From NCBI GenBank assembly GCA_027923505.1, contig BROI01000002.1:2356001-2420000 (forward strand): 64,000 bases of DNA, given 5' to 3'. The first letter of the stretch is position 1. Every line of letters begins with the position of its first letter. Positions 46,789 to 57,718 of the stretch are shown here, piece after piece. The position numbers and the translations under genes were made by a program. This DNA comes from Mayamaea pseudoterrestris. Lineage: Eukaryota. The notes under the pieces were generated by a model. The model saw nothing but the letters and a program-made list of their open reading frames with translations, had not been told where the DNA came from and searched no databases.

Positions 46789-47278
46789 CTACAAATGTTT
46801 CCGTTTCTCGGCCGTCAAGAGTCGACGGGATCGTCGGCCATGAGGTGTCAGTTCACTTCCAAGAATTTCCTTTGCCTTGCTTCGCATAGGCGTGCCCATG
46901 TCTTCTTCGTCGCTATCGGATGCATCAAAAAGAGCCTTCTTGGGTGTCACCATTTCCTCCTCCTCATCTTCTTCCTCTCCTTCGCTGACACTATCACTGG
47001 GTGCTCGAGCAGGTACCATCTCGGACATCTCCTTGACGGATAGAGTCGAAACGAAAAGAACAGCAATGAAAAACAGCATGCTTGTCTGAGGAATTAACAG
47101 TAAGCAACAGCATGTCAGAACATTACTCAAGTCATTACAAATGAACAATCCGAAGCTCCTCCACATAGCTTTCACACGCTAGTACGTTGTCACTCACACC
47201 GACGAGCAGTGGTATCTGCCATCTGGATGGCACTGAGAGAAGCAGACGCTCAGGAAAAGATGAGTTCATTGTCTCCAT
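46789..47278 (-). CDS. Small hypothetical single-pass membrane protein with an acidic and basic tail; intron 47087-47197
   Basis: Exon 1 METMNSSFPERLLLSVPSRWQIPLLVG splices (GTGAGT...CAG) in frame to TSMLFFIAVLFVSTL...EEEDEEEE...TPKK...RRSRRL. Confidence 0.6.
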
Positions 47279-47645
47279 AGTTGAAAAGCAGTTCGCTTTG
47301 TTGCCAAGGGTGCCGACGTGATGCGAGTGAGGTGCAAATTTCTGATAGTGGAGGGAGAATATGATGGATGATGCGAGGTGCGAGGCACCTTCGCCGAATG
47401 CCCATCGAAAAAATTCAGCGATACTGACGTCATGATTTGAGCATTCGGCACTGAAAACCTATCGTGGATACCGCTCCGTCATTTTCCTGATCGGCGACCC
47501 CACGTTTCTGACGAAACATGAATCGACCATGCGGATCACAGTGCCTTCGCTGTCAATTTGCAAATACAGTTAGGCAGGCGAGACACTATAACTTTATACA
47601 CCATCGTGCCAGTGTAACATATCACTGAAACGAAAGCTTCAAAAT

Positions 47646-48740
47646 ATGTCATATTACGGACAAGCGCACCAAATGCAGCCGCATCAAGCCGGAGCGACGT
47701 ACCTACCTCCGATTCTTCCAGCAGCTAACTCTAGTGATATGAAATTAAGAAGAGAACTATTTGTGGGAAATACGCCTCCCGGAACAAGCGAACTGTTGTT
47801 ATTGCACTTTTTGTCGGCAGCCATGCGTCGCGTCGGTCTCTGTCAGCCGCATGAGGCACCCATCAACGAAGCCCGCGTCAACAGCAAATTTGCTTTTATC
47901 GAATTAGCAACAGCTGAACTGGCCAACAAGGCTCTTCAGCTCAATGGCATTCCATTTCTGGGTTCTTATCTGAAGGTAAGCCGACCATCCAAATATTCTG
48001 GACCACCAGATATGCCAGGACTCAAGAGCACTTGGCAAGAACTCACTGGTCAAGAAATGCCGGGAGTCGCACTGGATGCTGAGCAAGAGAAGCTGTCGAG
48101 GGAGCTATTCATCGGAAACACGACACCAGAAATGACGGAGCATATGATCAAGGAGTTTTTAGGAAATGCAATGCTGCAAGTCGGCCTCAACGAACAACCA
48201 GGCAATCCCATTGTCACTTGCCGCGTTTCAGGGAAGTTTGCGTTTGTGGAAGTCCGCACGGCCCACGAAGCTAAGAATGCACTGAACTTGAACAATATCC
48301 CATTTCTAGGAAGTGTTTTGCGGGTTGGTCGACCGTCGAAATGGAATGGTCCTCCCGATCACCAAGGAAACTGGGAGGACATTCTAGCCAAATACATGGC
48401 GGGTGAAATCGTTGTGAGACCTGTCGGAGAGGCGGTGATTGCACCGAGTCGCGTTGTACAGATATTGAACATGCTCAGTTCTCAAGATTTGGTCAACGAA
48501 GAAGAGTTTCAGGACATATTGGAGGATACGCGAGAGGAGTGCTCACAGTTTGGCAAGCTTGTGTCTGTCATCATACCCAAAGCTGGCGAAGTCGGCGCCA
48601 CCAAGGTCTTTCTCGAGTATGAAACAACGGACGATGCTCAGCGAGCAATTGCAAGTCTTGCCGGAAGAACTTTTGATGGTAGAACTGTAGAAGCCACGCT
48701 TTTCGATGAGACCAAATTTGCGAACAAGGATTATGCTTAG
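47646..48740 (+). CDS. U2AF large-subunit (U2AF65)-like RRM protein, intronless
   Basis: Two RRM1-type domains (RELFVGN...KFAFIE...LNGIPFLG...RPSKY) and a C-terminal UHM (VVQILNM...ILEDTREECSQFGKLVSVIIPK...KVFLEY...LAGRTFDGR). Confidence 0.85.
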   Translation: MSYYGQAHQMQPHQAGATYLPPILPAANSSDMKLRRELFVGNTPPGTSELLLLHFLSAAMRRVGLCQPHEAPINEARVNSKFAFIELATAELANKALQLNGIPFLGSYLKVSRPSKYSGPPDMPGLKSTWQELTGQEMPGVALDAEQEKLSRELFIGNTTPEMTEHMIKEFLGNAMLQVGLNEQPGNPIVTCRVSGKFAFVEVRTAHEAKNALNLNNIPFLGSVLRVGRPSKWNGPPDHQGNWEDILAKYMAGEIVVRPVGEAVIAPSRVVQILNMLSSQDLVNEEEFQDILEDTREECSQFGKLVSVIIPKAGEVGATKVFLEYETTDDAQRAIASLAGRTFDGRTVEATLFDETKFANKDYA

Positions 48741-48791
48741 CTTCTGCGTAATATTCTTATATGAATTAGTGTATGCATGATGTGTTGTTTA

Positions 48792-50369
48792 CTATTGCAA
48801 TAATGCGAGTGTTTCGTCATCATTACCGATAGCACCAGTTGAATGTACGTCGTCGCCCGAAAATTGACTCTTGACTAAGTGCGACGGGACAGGTGTAACG
48901 CCATCTGACCCATCCCTGTCAAAAGTTGCTATTTCTGTAACAAGTTTCTGCAGCGGCTCCTCAATTCCACCTCCGTTTGGCCAAAAACAAGCGTATCCCA
49001 ACTGCGAAATTCCAGCAGGTCGAGACGATACTTCATTATCAATATCGCCGGGTGACAGATTTGTTGCGTCCTCTCTCCGTTTCCCTAAGTGCTCCTCCAA
49101 TACTGGCAGTGCCTGCCGGATACCTTCATTAATTTTGTGAAACAGCTTGAAGGGTTCCGTCTGCGCTAGTGTTCGAACGGCAGTCCTCATGGCCCATATT
49201 GGAACGTCAGCACCAGGACTGCCATGCGCCAACATGCAGATTCTTGTCTTCTCCGGGTCACTCGGATGTTGACTGATATAGTTAGCTCCCCGAAAGGCAT
49301 ATGCACGAGGTCGCTTCTTAGTCTTGCTCACGAATTCGTCGTCGTCAACGGCTTGATTGACGATGATTAAGCTTCCGTCGCTGGACCATCGGTGCGAGCA
49401 AAACGTGATAAACTCGCGTGGTTTGACGAACAAAATCTGCGGGGTTTCTCCAAGACATACTTTAGAGTGCGGAGTAATTTCTTCCAAATCCTTTGTTTCT
49501 TCAAGTAAACAATTATATTCGCTCATGCGATCAGGCTGTGCCAAGTAGCAGCAGACTGTTTCGAAAGGTGCGTCAATGACGGAATACATGCGCAGGCAGG
49601 GATATTCCACGTGGTCATCGAGATTGGCATGCTCTCCACGAGAATCTTTCATCCAAGAAAGGTATGCTTTAGTGCGATCGCCTTTTTGAAGCAAAGACCT
49701 GTGGCACTCGATGCGCTTCCATGCTTCGTCCTCGTCAGGCGTGTCAAAAAGAATGCGAGAGGACCACGTTTCAATTTCTTGACCCAGCCTGTCAAACTTG
49801 CGTTGGCGTTTGCGCAAATTGATGTTACGAGCCACTCGCTGTTCCTCAGTTTCCTCTTCATCTCTAGCTTCCGTCCCAAGGACTTGTTTTCGCATTTCGT
49901 ATAGTTCTTTTCTGAGTGCTTCCATTTCGTGTCGAATGGATCTTACTTCGTCGAGCGTTTCCGACATGGTATCCCGAATTCCTTTCAGTTTAGGACGACC
50001 TATGGTGAGCTTGTCGACTAATGCTTGTGGTAAACCGTAAAACGTGCCAGATGATGAGAGAAGTGGATGTAATGTTTGCTTCCATGGCTGATGTACCACG
50101 TAGTTTCGTATTTGCGCACTGATGCGGATTGTTTTGTTTAACATACTTGATGGTCGCTTGCTTGTCTCGTCTTTTGTAAACGTAGCTTGATCGGAACAAA
50201 GGATTCCTATGTTTCGCTTTTGACTTCGACTGCTCAAAGTCTCTCCTGAGCAGAAGGACGGAGATGTTGCTGACAAAAGCGTACGACTCCTTCGTCGAGC
50301 AGTTGCGCTTTGTATGATAAGACTTATCCAAAAAACGGCAAAAATTGTCGAGTGGCTTCTTCTAGTCAT
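48792..50369 (-). CDS. START-domain lipid-binding protein with an N-terminal signal peptide and coiled coil
   Basis: Hydrophobic N-terminus, coiled coil, then a START-like fold (RMSEYN, KPREFITF, IVNQA, RGANYI, HGSPGADVPIW). Confidence 0.7.
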   Translation of the reverse strand: MTRRSHSTIFAVFWISLIIQSATARRRSRTLLSATSPSFCSGETLSSRSQKRNIGILCSDQATFTKDETSKRPSSMLNKTIRISAQIRNYVVHQPWKQTLHPLLSSSGTFYGLPQALVDKLTIGRPKLKGIRDTMSETLDEVRSIRHEMEALRKELYEMRKQVLGTEARDEEETEEQRVARNINLRKRQRKFDRLGQEIETWSSRILFDTPDEDEAWKRIECHRSLLQKGDRTKAYLSWMKDSRGEHANLDDHVEYPCLRMYSVIDAPFETVCCYLAQPDRMSEYNCLLEETKDLEEITPHSKVCLGETPQILFVKPREFITFCSHRWSSDGSLIIVNQAVDDDEFVSKTKKRPRAYAFRGANYISQHPSDPEKTRICMLAHGSPGADVPIWAMRTAVRTLAQTEPFKLFHKINEGIRQALPVLEEHLGKRREDATNLSPGDIDNEVSSRPAGISQLGYACFWPNGGGIEEPLQKLVTEIATFDRDGSDGVTPVPSHLVKSQFSGDDVHSTGAIGNDDETLALLQ

Positions 50370-50497
50370 CCTTGAGTTACAGTATAGGCTACTGGAAAGA
50401 CACTTTTCTAAGCGACTGTCCGTTCTGAATCGACTTGTGATGGGATCTCGAGTTGCTCGTCTCGTGCGATCACGCGACCTTTTCGATGAGTGAGTGG

Positions 50498-50553
50498 CAC
50501 GTCGCAGCGGTTTCTACTATTCCACCACGTCGCAGCGGTTTCTACTATTCCAC
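50498..50553. repeat. Perfect 28-bp tandem duplication in a divergent promoter
   Basis: CACGTCGCAGCGGTTTCTACTATTCCAC occurs twice in tandem. Confidence 0.92.
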
Positions 50554-50854
50554 CAATCGAAACCCGGAAATACTTTCGGCGACGCTTTCCCATAAATCAT
50601 GGCCACCACACAGGCGCGAGATGACAGTGGTGACGTTGGAACTTGTGACAATCTTTAGGACCACGCCTTTGCTAGCATAAGTGTACAAGTTGATTGCATA
50701 TGAACCTGATTTATACATTTGAAGCTGAGAGAGAAAGCAGCAAATCAATTCTTAGCGAACAAGCGAAGCAACGAGCCAGCAGCCAACGCACCTCCTCGCA
50801 ACCAAAGATTTATTTTCACTCAAGCACTCTCTTAATTAATAAGACTTCAAGAAG

Positions 50855-53800
50855 ATGACTTCCCCGTCGCGCAAGTTTCGCTTGATGCCAGGGCAACATG
50901 AAGTCGAGCTAAACGTTAGTACGCACAAGTCGCCCCTTTCTCCCTCCAATGCCGACCGAGGAGCCGACCCTGACTGTGCTCCCAGTTCATCGCCAACACG
51001 TCAAACGACAACGCAAAAGTGTTTGATGAACACTCACTCACCGAATCTCGAGATGCATTTAAACTCACAGTCAAACACGGAAAATCAGATTCTTAGCTCG
51101 GTGGCTATTTTACTTGACAACCTCAAGGCCAATTTCTCACCCCAGCACTTCAAACACAGCTTCGACGAAGAAACCGACACGAGCAACATACTAGATCGCA
51201 AAGAGTCATCAGTAGGCGATGATGATGGCGACGACATTAGCTCCCTAGCGTCGCCCGCCGTGTCGCCTCGCAATCGTTCGCCGTCGCAGCATACCGTTTC
51301 ACGTATCCCTCAATTGAATGCGCAGACGCTCTTAGACGTGGCCAAATTTGTCACAGTTCTTCGATACAATGAAAAAACTGCACCGGTTGGGAGGGAATTG
51401 GATGAACTTGTCAAAAGCATGTCCGACGAGTCCATGGATCGTGCTCCACAAGTTAGATTAAGCGAGGAAACACTTGAAGCATTAAGCTTGTTCATTGACC
51501 ACCTTTCGAGAAACGAGGCAAGCAAACGAGAAAGTATGCCACCAACGCAAGTCTATATCCCGGCTGTAACTACCGGTAGACCAGGGAAAAGTTCTGAAGC
51601 AATTCAGCGAGTGAACGATAACGAGCTAGCGAATGATCACGCAAGTAAATCGCAATCCATCTATAAAGTTCCATCCGTCCAAACGCAAGACTTGGATCCT
51701 GACACCATATCAATTCTGGGTCATTATATTGACGCCGTCGCTGCTGCCACTCCAAGTTCGGCCGTCTCGCACTGGGGAATCGGTCCACCGAGCTTGCGGC
51801 TCGGTGAGTCGGAAATTATTTTTCAATCGCGGTCGGAAGACACGGAAGACGGCGCAAATGCAGAATATCTTTCTCCGTCTACCGCTTGGCAACCAATCAT
51901 TTTAGTGGAAAAGAAGGAATCTTTAAAAACTAACGATGACGACAAGGCTGGAAACGATGTACCGGTATTTTCGTTTAGCTCAATGGAGGAATCTGCACCA
52001 CCAGCACCGTCGCCACAGCCCGCTTTTGTTAATGTCAGTAAAACTCGTGTGTCGTCGACACGCGCACCACAAGAGCCGGGTGATGCTTCCGGCCACGTCG
52101 CTGGAATGTCGGAGCACCGACGAAATGAGCAAGACTCGCTTGATCCGGCTCTGTCCAATGTGCGTTTCACTTCGCCGATTGGCATTTCATATCATTCGCC
52201 GCCGCTTAACGCTCCGATGGCCCTAATGTCACAGACGATATCGCCTAAGGAAGACCCACCGTCGTTATCATTGGAAGCGGAGGAAATGGACGTCCAATCG
52301 GGCGAGCCGGAGATCAATCTCAACCGGATGTATCTACGAGACGACGAATTCGAGATTAATAAGTTGAAAAAGCAGCCAGAAAGTCCTAAAAAAAGGTCAA
52401 AAAGACGAGATGTTGCGACGAAAATTCTAACCTGCCCCGACCCTACTACGCCGAGCGTATGCGGTCTGAAAAACGACCATTGTGGCGAGCTTGATAACCA
52501 AGAAGTAAATGTGGGCTATGACGATGACCTGAGCTCAGCCTCGCCAAGTCTAGTTGTCAGTTCTGAGGAGAACATCTCTGAGAGGTATGGGGTCACAAGA
52601 TCGGTACAGAATGCTGACGCATTCGTGCAAGGGTCCAGCAGTGTTTATTTCGACTGCGGTAAGAGTCGCATTAAATGTGAGCACGAAAACTTAGCAGCCC
52701 TGTCAATCCGAAACGTTCCGGCAGACAATCCTGTTGAATCGTCCGATCAGCAAGTATCCGATTGCAACGCAGAAGATGATGCAATCATTGAGAGTTCTCC
52801 GCAATATAACCTGACGGAGTCGGTTCAAGTGTCGCCTCTGCACAATCACGTTTCTTGGGAAGACGAAAAGAAGGCAGAGGACACGTCAAAGGATATACTC
52901 GATAGCGTCAGAATGACAACTCTTCTCAGCAGCCTCTACAAAATGCTCACTGACAAAGCGCATCCGACTTCTATCGATATCAGTCGCTTTCGCACACTTA
53001 TTAATATTGCGTATCCTTACTACGAGAGCGACCGGCAACCGAACGCAATTGAGCGAGCACGCATACAAGTACATGCCCGCCGAAAAAACGTACCCATTGT
53101 ATTGACGAATGCGTTTATCGAGTCATTGCAAACCTTGGCAGATTCAGAAAATATATTGGGAATAAAGCCATTATTATATTCAGCAGTTCATTCCAAGTGC
53201 CCGCCAGAAGAGAAAATGGAACTCATTCTCGAACGTCTTTTGCTCGTCAAGAACACTGAAAGCCGCCGAGATGTTGCCGTATATAGTCTCTCTGGCGTGG
53301 GAAGCCATGAAGGAGAAGCTGTTGAAGTGGATCTGCATGGACATTTCGGCTTTGCCCGTAAAGATTACGGCGATGCCGATGAATGCGTCAGCGACACTGA
53401 GCCATGGTGGGAGGCATCGGCAAGGTTGATGCGTCAATCCAAAAAACATTATGCCTCAGACAAGTCCACCGCGTCACGTTCCCTAGACCCACCTACTCTC
53501 GAATCTTCGAGTGTTGAGTCGAACGACGCCCTAAAGACTACGAAGAAATACGCAAGCGTTGACGAGGATATTATAGGTTTCTGGCAAGAACGAGAACGAA
53601 GGCTCAAAAAATGTAGCCGAGCTACCGGCGCGAGTAAATGGCCCCAACAGCGACTATCTGCGTCGTATTCAGCCACGGATAACGAGATTTCGCTCCGGAC
53701 CAAGTCTTCGGGTTCCTCTAGTTTCAGTTTATTGTCTGCTGGTACATTGGAAAGCGTAGAAGATGAATGGATTCGCAAGCGAAGCTACGCAATGTGGCCT

Positions 53801-54535
53801 AATAAGTATGCCAACAAATTACAGGTGTGGATGGGCGGGAAAGCTCAGACAGACTTTGAAGTTGACGGGCCAGCACCAATTAACGCTGTGAATTCGGTTG
53901 GTATTCTTAATCGTCCCAGTCTCTTACGGTATGGGCGCCCAAAATTACCAGGGACCAAACAGTGGAAACGCACATATTATGTTCGCACGCATTCTCATCC
54001 GGGATATTTTGACGTAGATGTGAATTCCTTGTATGAATTATCGGCTGTTCGAGGCTGTCTTCACCGCTTCGACCATATGCCTTGGGAGCGCCGTGCCGTT
54101 TTGCAGCGTTTCCTCTACGAGCAAAGCATCTCCTACAACCGCAACTGGTTCGGCACAGCCCACAAAATTTACGGAAACGACTCCATTCTTGAGCCAGTGT
54201 GCTTTCCGCGATCCATGGAGATACCAACGAAGGCAGAAGAATGGACCGAGGAGTGGTATACTAAGCCTATTCCGACGCTCTTATCCCGGTCCACTGCCGA
54301 CACTAAGGTAGCCGAGGAAATGGCTGAAATCCGACGGAAATATCTGGTTGTTGATGAGTTTGAAGAAGATCCCGATTCCACTCAATGGGAAGAAAACCCC
54401 GAATGCGGCAGAATTCGAAACGTCAAGCAAAAGATTGGAGAACGAGTGAGCCGCGTAACAGCAGATTTAACGAGCTCGTTACGTCGTAGCAGGTGGAGGA
54501 AAAAGTACTTTCCAAAAGGCACATTTCCATATTAA
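50855..54535 (+). CDS. Large hypothetical protein, mostly low-complexity, with a Trp-rich C-terminal region
   Basis: Uninterrupted 1226-aa ORF. No family recognised. Confidence 0.7.
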   Translation: MTSPSRKFRLMPGQHEVELNVSTHKSPLSPSNADRGADPDCAPSSSPTRQTTTQKCLMNTHSPNLEMHLNSQSNTENQILSSVAILLDNLKANFSPQHFKHSFDEETDTSNILDRKESSVGDDDGDDISSLASPAVSPRNRSPSQHTVSRIPQLNAQTLLDVAKFVTVLRYNEKTAPVGRELDELVKSMSDESMDRAPQVRLSEETLEALSLFIDHLSRNEASKRESMPPTQVYIPAVTTGRPGKSSEAIQRVNDNELANDHASKSQSIYKVPSVQTQDLDPDTISILGHYIDAVAAATPSSAVSHWGIGPPSLRLGESEIIFQSRSEDTEDGANAEYLSPSTAWQPIILVEKKESLKTNDDDKAGNDVPVFSFSSMEESAPPAPSPQPAFVNVSKTRVSSTRAPQEPGDASGHVAGMSEHRRNEQDSLDPALSNVRFTSPIGISYHSPPLNAPMALMSQTISPKEDPPSLSLEAEEMDVQSGEPEINLNRMYLRDDEFEINKLKKQPESPKKRSKRRDVATKILTCPDPTTPSVCGLKNDHCGELDNQEVNVGYDDDLSSASPSLVVSSEENISERYGVTRSVQNADAFVQGSSSVYFDCGKSRIKCEHENLAALSIRNVPADNPVESSDQQVSDCNAEDDAIIESSPQYNLTESVQVSPLHNHVSWEDEKKAEDTSKDILDSVRMTTLLSSLYKMLTDKAHPTSIDISRFRTLINIAYPYYESDRQPNAIERARIQVHARRKNVPIVLTNAFIESLQTLADSENILGIKPLLYSAVHSKCPPEEKMELILERLLLVKNTESRRDVAVYSLSGVGSHEGEAVEVDLHGHFGFARKDYGDADECVSDTEPWWEASARLMRQSKKHYASDKSTASRSLDPPTLESSSVESNDALKTTKKYASVDEDIIGFWQERERRLKKCSRATGASKWPQQRLSASYSATDNEISLRTKSSGSSSFSLLSAGTLESVEDEWIRKRSYAMWPNKYANKLQVWMGGKAQTDFEVDGPAPINAVNSVGILNRPSLLRYGRPKLPGTKQWKRTYYVRTHSHPGYFDVDVNSLYELSAVRGCLHRFDHMPWERRAVLQRFLYEQSISYNRNWFGTAHKIYGNDSILEPVCFPRSMEIPTKAEEWTEEWYTKPIPTLLSRSTADTKVAEEMAEIRRKYLVVDEFEEDPDSTQWEENPECGRIRNVKQKIGERVSRVTADLTSSLRRSRWRKKYFPKGTFPY

Positions 54536-54959
54536 CTGTCAGACCCATATCCTTTGTCGCCTGTCTACCGTACGAAATTGAGTATGCGTGAATGTGCGCT
54601 TTGAAATAGATTATCTTTCACTTCAGTCCGCCATTGAGAGTTCGGTACTGTAATTCAGAATAGCTGCGCTGAAACGCCGGGTCTGATTTGACTGTATGAC
54701 GCTACTGAGAATCTGAAAGCTACCGGCCGCATGCTAATACGTACATAGTATATCTGGCGTCAATTTGCAGTTTCAAGGCATCGAAGTAGGTTTCATAAGT
54801 AGATGCTGGGATAAACAGTCGGTCTTCCAAGTGACTATCATTGTTAATGAAGATACTGCATGTATTATACCTTGGATATGCAGCCCTCGGTGTAAGCTTG
54901 CATAATATATACAGGTGTGTACTGCCAACAGTCGTATGTGTGCATCGCCAAACAACTTG

Positions 54960-55800
54960 ACACCATCATCTGTAGCTCCCAGTTTGTCTCTCAGCACCCA
55001 ACTTAGCAGCTTGCCATCAAGTGTGCCATCAAGTGATCCAAGCACCAAGCCCGGTGAATAATCTAGCGCAGGACCCAGTCTCCTTCCCGGTGCAGCATCA
55101 AGCTTGCCACCCTCTGTAGCTCCCAGTTTGTCTCTCAGCACCCAACCCAGCAGCTTGCCATCAAGTGTACCATCAAGTGATCCAAGCACCAAGCCCGGTG
55201 AATAATCTAGCGCAGGACCCAGTCTCCTTCCCGGTGCAGCATCAAGCTTGTCACCCTCTGTAGCTCCCAGTTTGTCTCTCAGCACCCAACCCAGCAGCTT
55301 GCCATCAAGTGTGCCATCAAGTGATCCAGGCACCAAGCCCACTGAATAATCTAGCGCATGACCCAGTCTCCTTCCCAGCGCAGCATCAAGCTTGTCACCC
55401 TCTGTGGCTCCCAGTTTGTCTCCAGGCACTCAACCCGGCAGCGTGCCATCAAGTGTGCCGTCAAGTGATCCAAGTGCCAAGCCCAGTGTGTGACTCACTT
55501 AGTGCAGGGCCCAGTGTCCATCCTGCAGCAGCAATGTTGTGCCCCTCTGTGAGTTCCAGTTTGTCTCTCAGCACCCAACCCAACAGCTTGCCATCAAGTG
55601 TGCCATTCAGTGACCCAAGCGCCAAGCCCAGTGTGTCATCTAGCACAGGACCTCAACTCCTTCCCAGTGCAGCAACAAGCTTGTCCCCCACTGTGGATCC
55701 CACTTTCTTACCCAGCAGTCACCCTAGCAGCTTGCTATCAAGTGTGCCATCAATTGATCTAAGCAGATTTTCCTCCGAACATTCACCCATGCAGCTTGCC
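54960..55800 (+). repeat. 144-bp (48-codon) tandem array, ~5.8 copies, encoding a decayed Ser/Pro-rich repeat
   Basis: Unit starts at ~54969, 55113, 55257, 55401, 55546 and 55690. The plus frame reads SVAPSLSLSTQPSSLPSSVPSSDPSTKPGE*SSAGPSLLPGAASSLSP. Confidence 0.92.
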
Positions 55801-55944
55801 ATCAAGTCAGGTCTGACCCCAGTCCCTCGGTGCAATGCATCGCTACGTACGGTAGACAATGAATGCCTCAATACCGCTCCGACGTGAAAGCTCAAGGCGC
55901 GCCGCTCCGCGCTCGATCCTATCGCGTAATTCTAGATTCTTGAC

Positions 55945-57718
55945 ATGGCATGGAGCTCAACCTTTTGTTTCAATAAGAGAAGAGCATACTGTTTCGTTTT
56001 TGGATAAAGGAGCTTTGGGTTGATTGAGTCTATGCTGAGCGAGCTTCATGTCGGACACCATGTTGATATTTAGAACGACTCCTGCAGGATCGGAACGAAC
56101 GCGAGACAGATCCATTCCTATCCATCAACCAAGCCAATGCCACGCTTCTTAATCAAGTTGACGCGCTGCAACAAAAGTGCGAAATAGCAGATCGAGAGCT
56201 GGTCGCCCTTCGTACACAACTATCTACTAATCCGTCTGCTGGGAAGATGGCCGCGGCTGCTGCGCTCAGGAACGAGACACGACTTCACGAAAAATTGGAA
56301 AAATTGCAGGAGGAATGCAATGCGACACTAAAAATAGAAGCACAGGAGAAGGCGCTTGCACTTGAAACAGCTCATTTATTGGCCCAGCAAAAAGATTTGG
56401 TTGCAGCCCAGGAAATTCAGCTGCAGCAACAGCAAGCTGAACTCGAGCAAACGCAAAGGGCAGTAATACACTTGCAGGATCAAGTAAAAGAGGCACAACG
56501 AGCGACTCTGCTAGCGGTGGAAACAGTACGATGGATTAAGGTAACCATTCGTCAGCTGCAAAAGAAAATGATTCGCTGCAAAAGGAAATTATACGCTAGG
56601 ATTTCGACTCGTCGACGACAAGAGGTTACTTGGCGACGAACTCAACACGCTGACGGAAACAATTGAGTCTTTAAAGCGAGAGGTTGACATGCTTAGGAGC
56701 TTAAAGGCGCAAGAAGAACAGCGAAGTAGAGGATCGTTTGGTGGCACAAATCCTGCACAGGCTGAGTCTAAGACCGCTCAGGACGACGGGCGTCAAATTG
56801 GGGATTTGGAGTTATTGTACCGAATGAAATTAAGCTGAATATTTTCGCCCATGCGATGGAAGGAACTTGTTTGCGGTACGATACTTCGAATTGGACTGTT
56901 GGCAACATCGGTAGTGATGCCACCGTCAAGGTTTTCGACGCCAACCTAGGACATGTCTGGCGACGTTACCGGGTCACCAGGTAGTTCCATCATTAGTTGT
57001 GACCTATCGAACAATCTCGTTGTTGGTGCTGGGTCAGACAAAACTTGCCGTGTTTGGAACTTGAGAACGCAAAGAATGATACATCATTTAGTCGGGCATG
57101 CGCAAAAGGTTACTTGCGTGCGCTTGTTTAATGGCGACAAATCAGTTTTGACAGCATCCTCGGATCGCTCCCTCAAGGTTTGGGATATATCACTGAAAAC
57201 ATACAAGCAAACGGTTACTTTACGATAGTTCAACTTCAAACTGCGTTGACGTGGCTTCTGATTCCATGTCGGCCGTCAGCGGTCATTTAGACGGTGGGCT
57301 AAGGATCTGGAACTTGCATTCGGGCGAGCGAACGGCGGATATGCCAGGAGTACACGAAGCGGCTGTAACATCGGTGCGATTTCATCCTCTGGGCAATGGG
57401 CATATTCTCACTAACGCAGCAGACTCTTGTCTGAAGGTAGTGGATGTGCGGACGGGCATGGCTATCCAAACATTCCGGCACCTGGGGTTTCAAACTGTGC
57501 ACAACTGGTCGAGCTCCGCATTTAGCCCAGACGGCAGATACGTCATTGCTGGTTCCAACTCTACAGGAAATATTTACGTGTGGGATACGACAGATGGATC
57601 GTTAAAGAAAACTCTGGAGGGTCATACAGTGGGAGTCTGTGCAATTGATTGGGGCCGGGGATCGCAGCAACAAGTCGCATCAGTTGATCGGATGGGAATG
57701 TTGATTTTGTGGGCCTGA
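55945..57718 (+). CDS. ATG16: ATG16L-like autophagy protein (coiled coil plus WD40), broken by several indels in this sequence; 5' end uncertain
   Basis: RLLQDRNERETDPF N-terminal helix, a long coiled coil, then WD40 repeats (HHLVGHAQKVTC, SSDRSLKVWD, SGHLDGGLRIW, NWSSSAFSPDGRYVIAGS). Frame jumps at ~56520-56600, ~56800-56950 and ~57225. Confidence 0.75.

Noticed and set aside
11463..54535. Numerous 60-210-aa ORFs overlapping the long genes on the opposite strand or in other frames
   Set aside because: Shadow ORFs without recognisable motifs.
54773..55429. 218-aa minus-strand GDKLGATEG repeat ORF
   Set aside because: Typical antisense shadow of a Ser/Pro-repeat frame, with no independent sign of being a gene.
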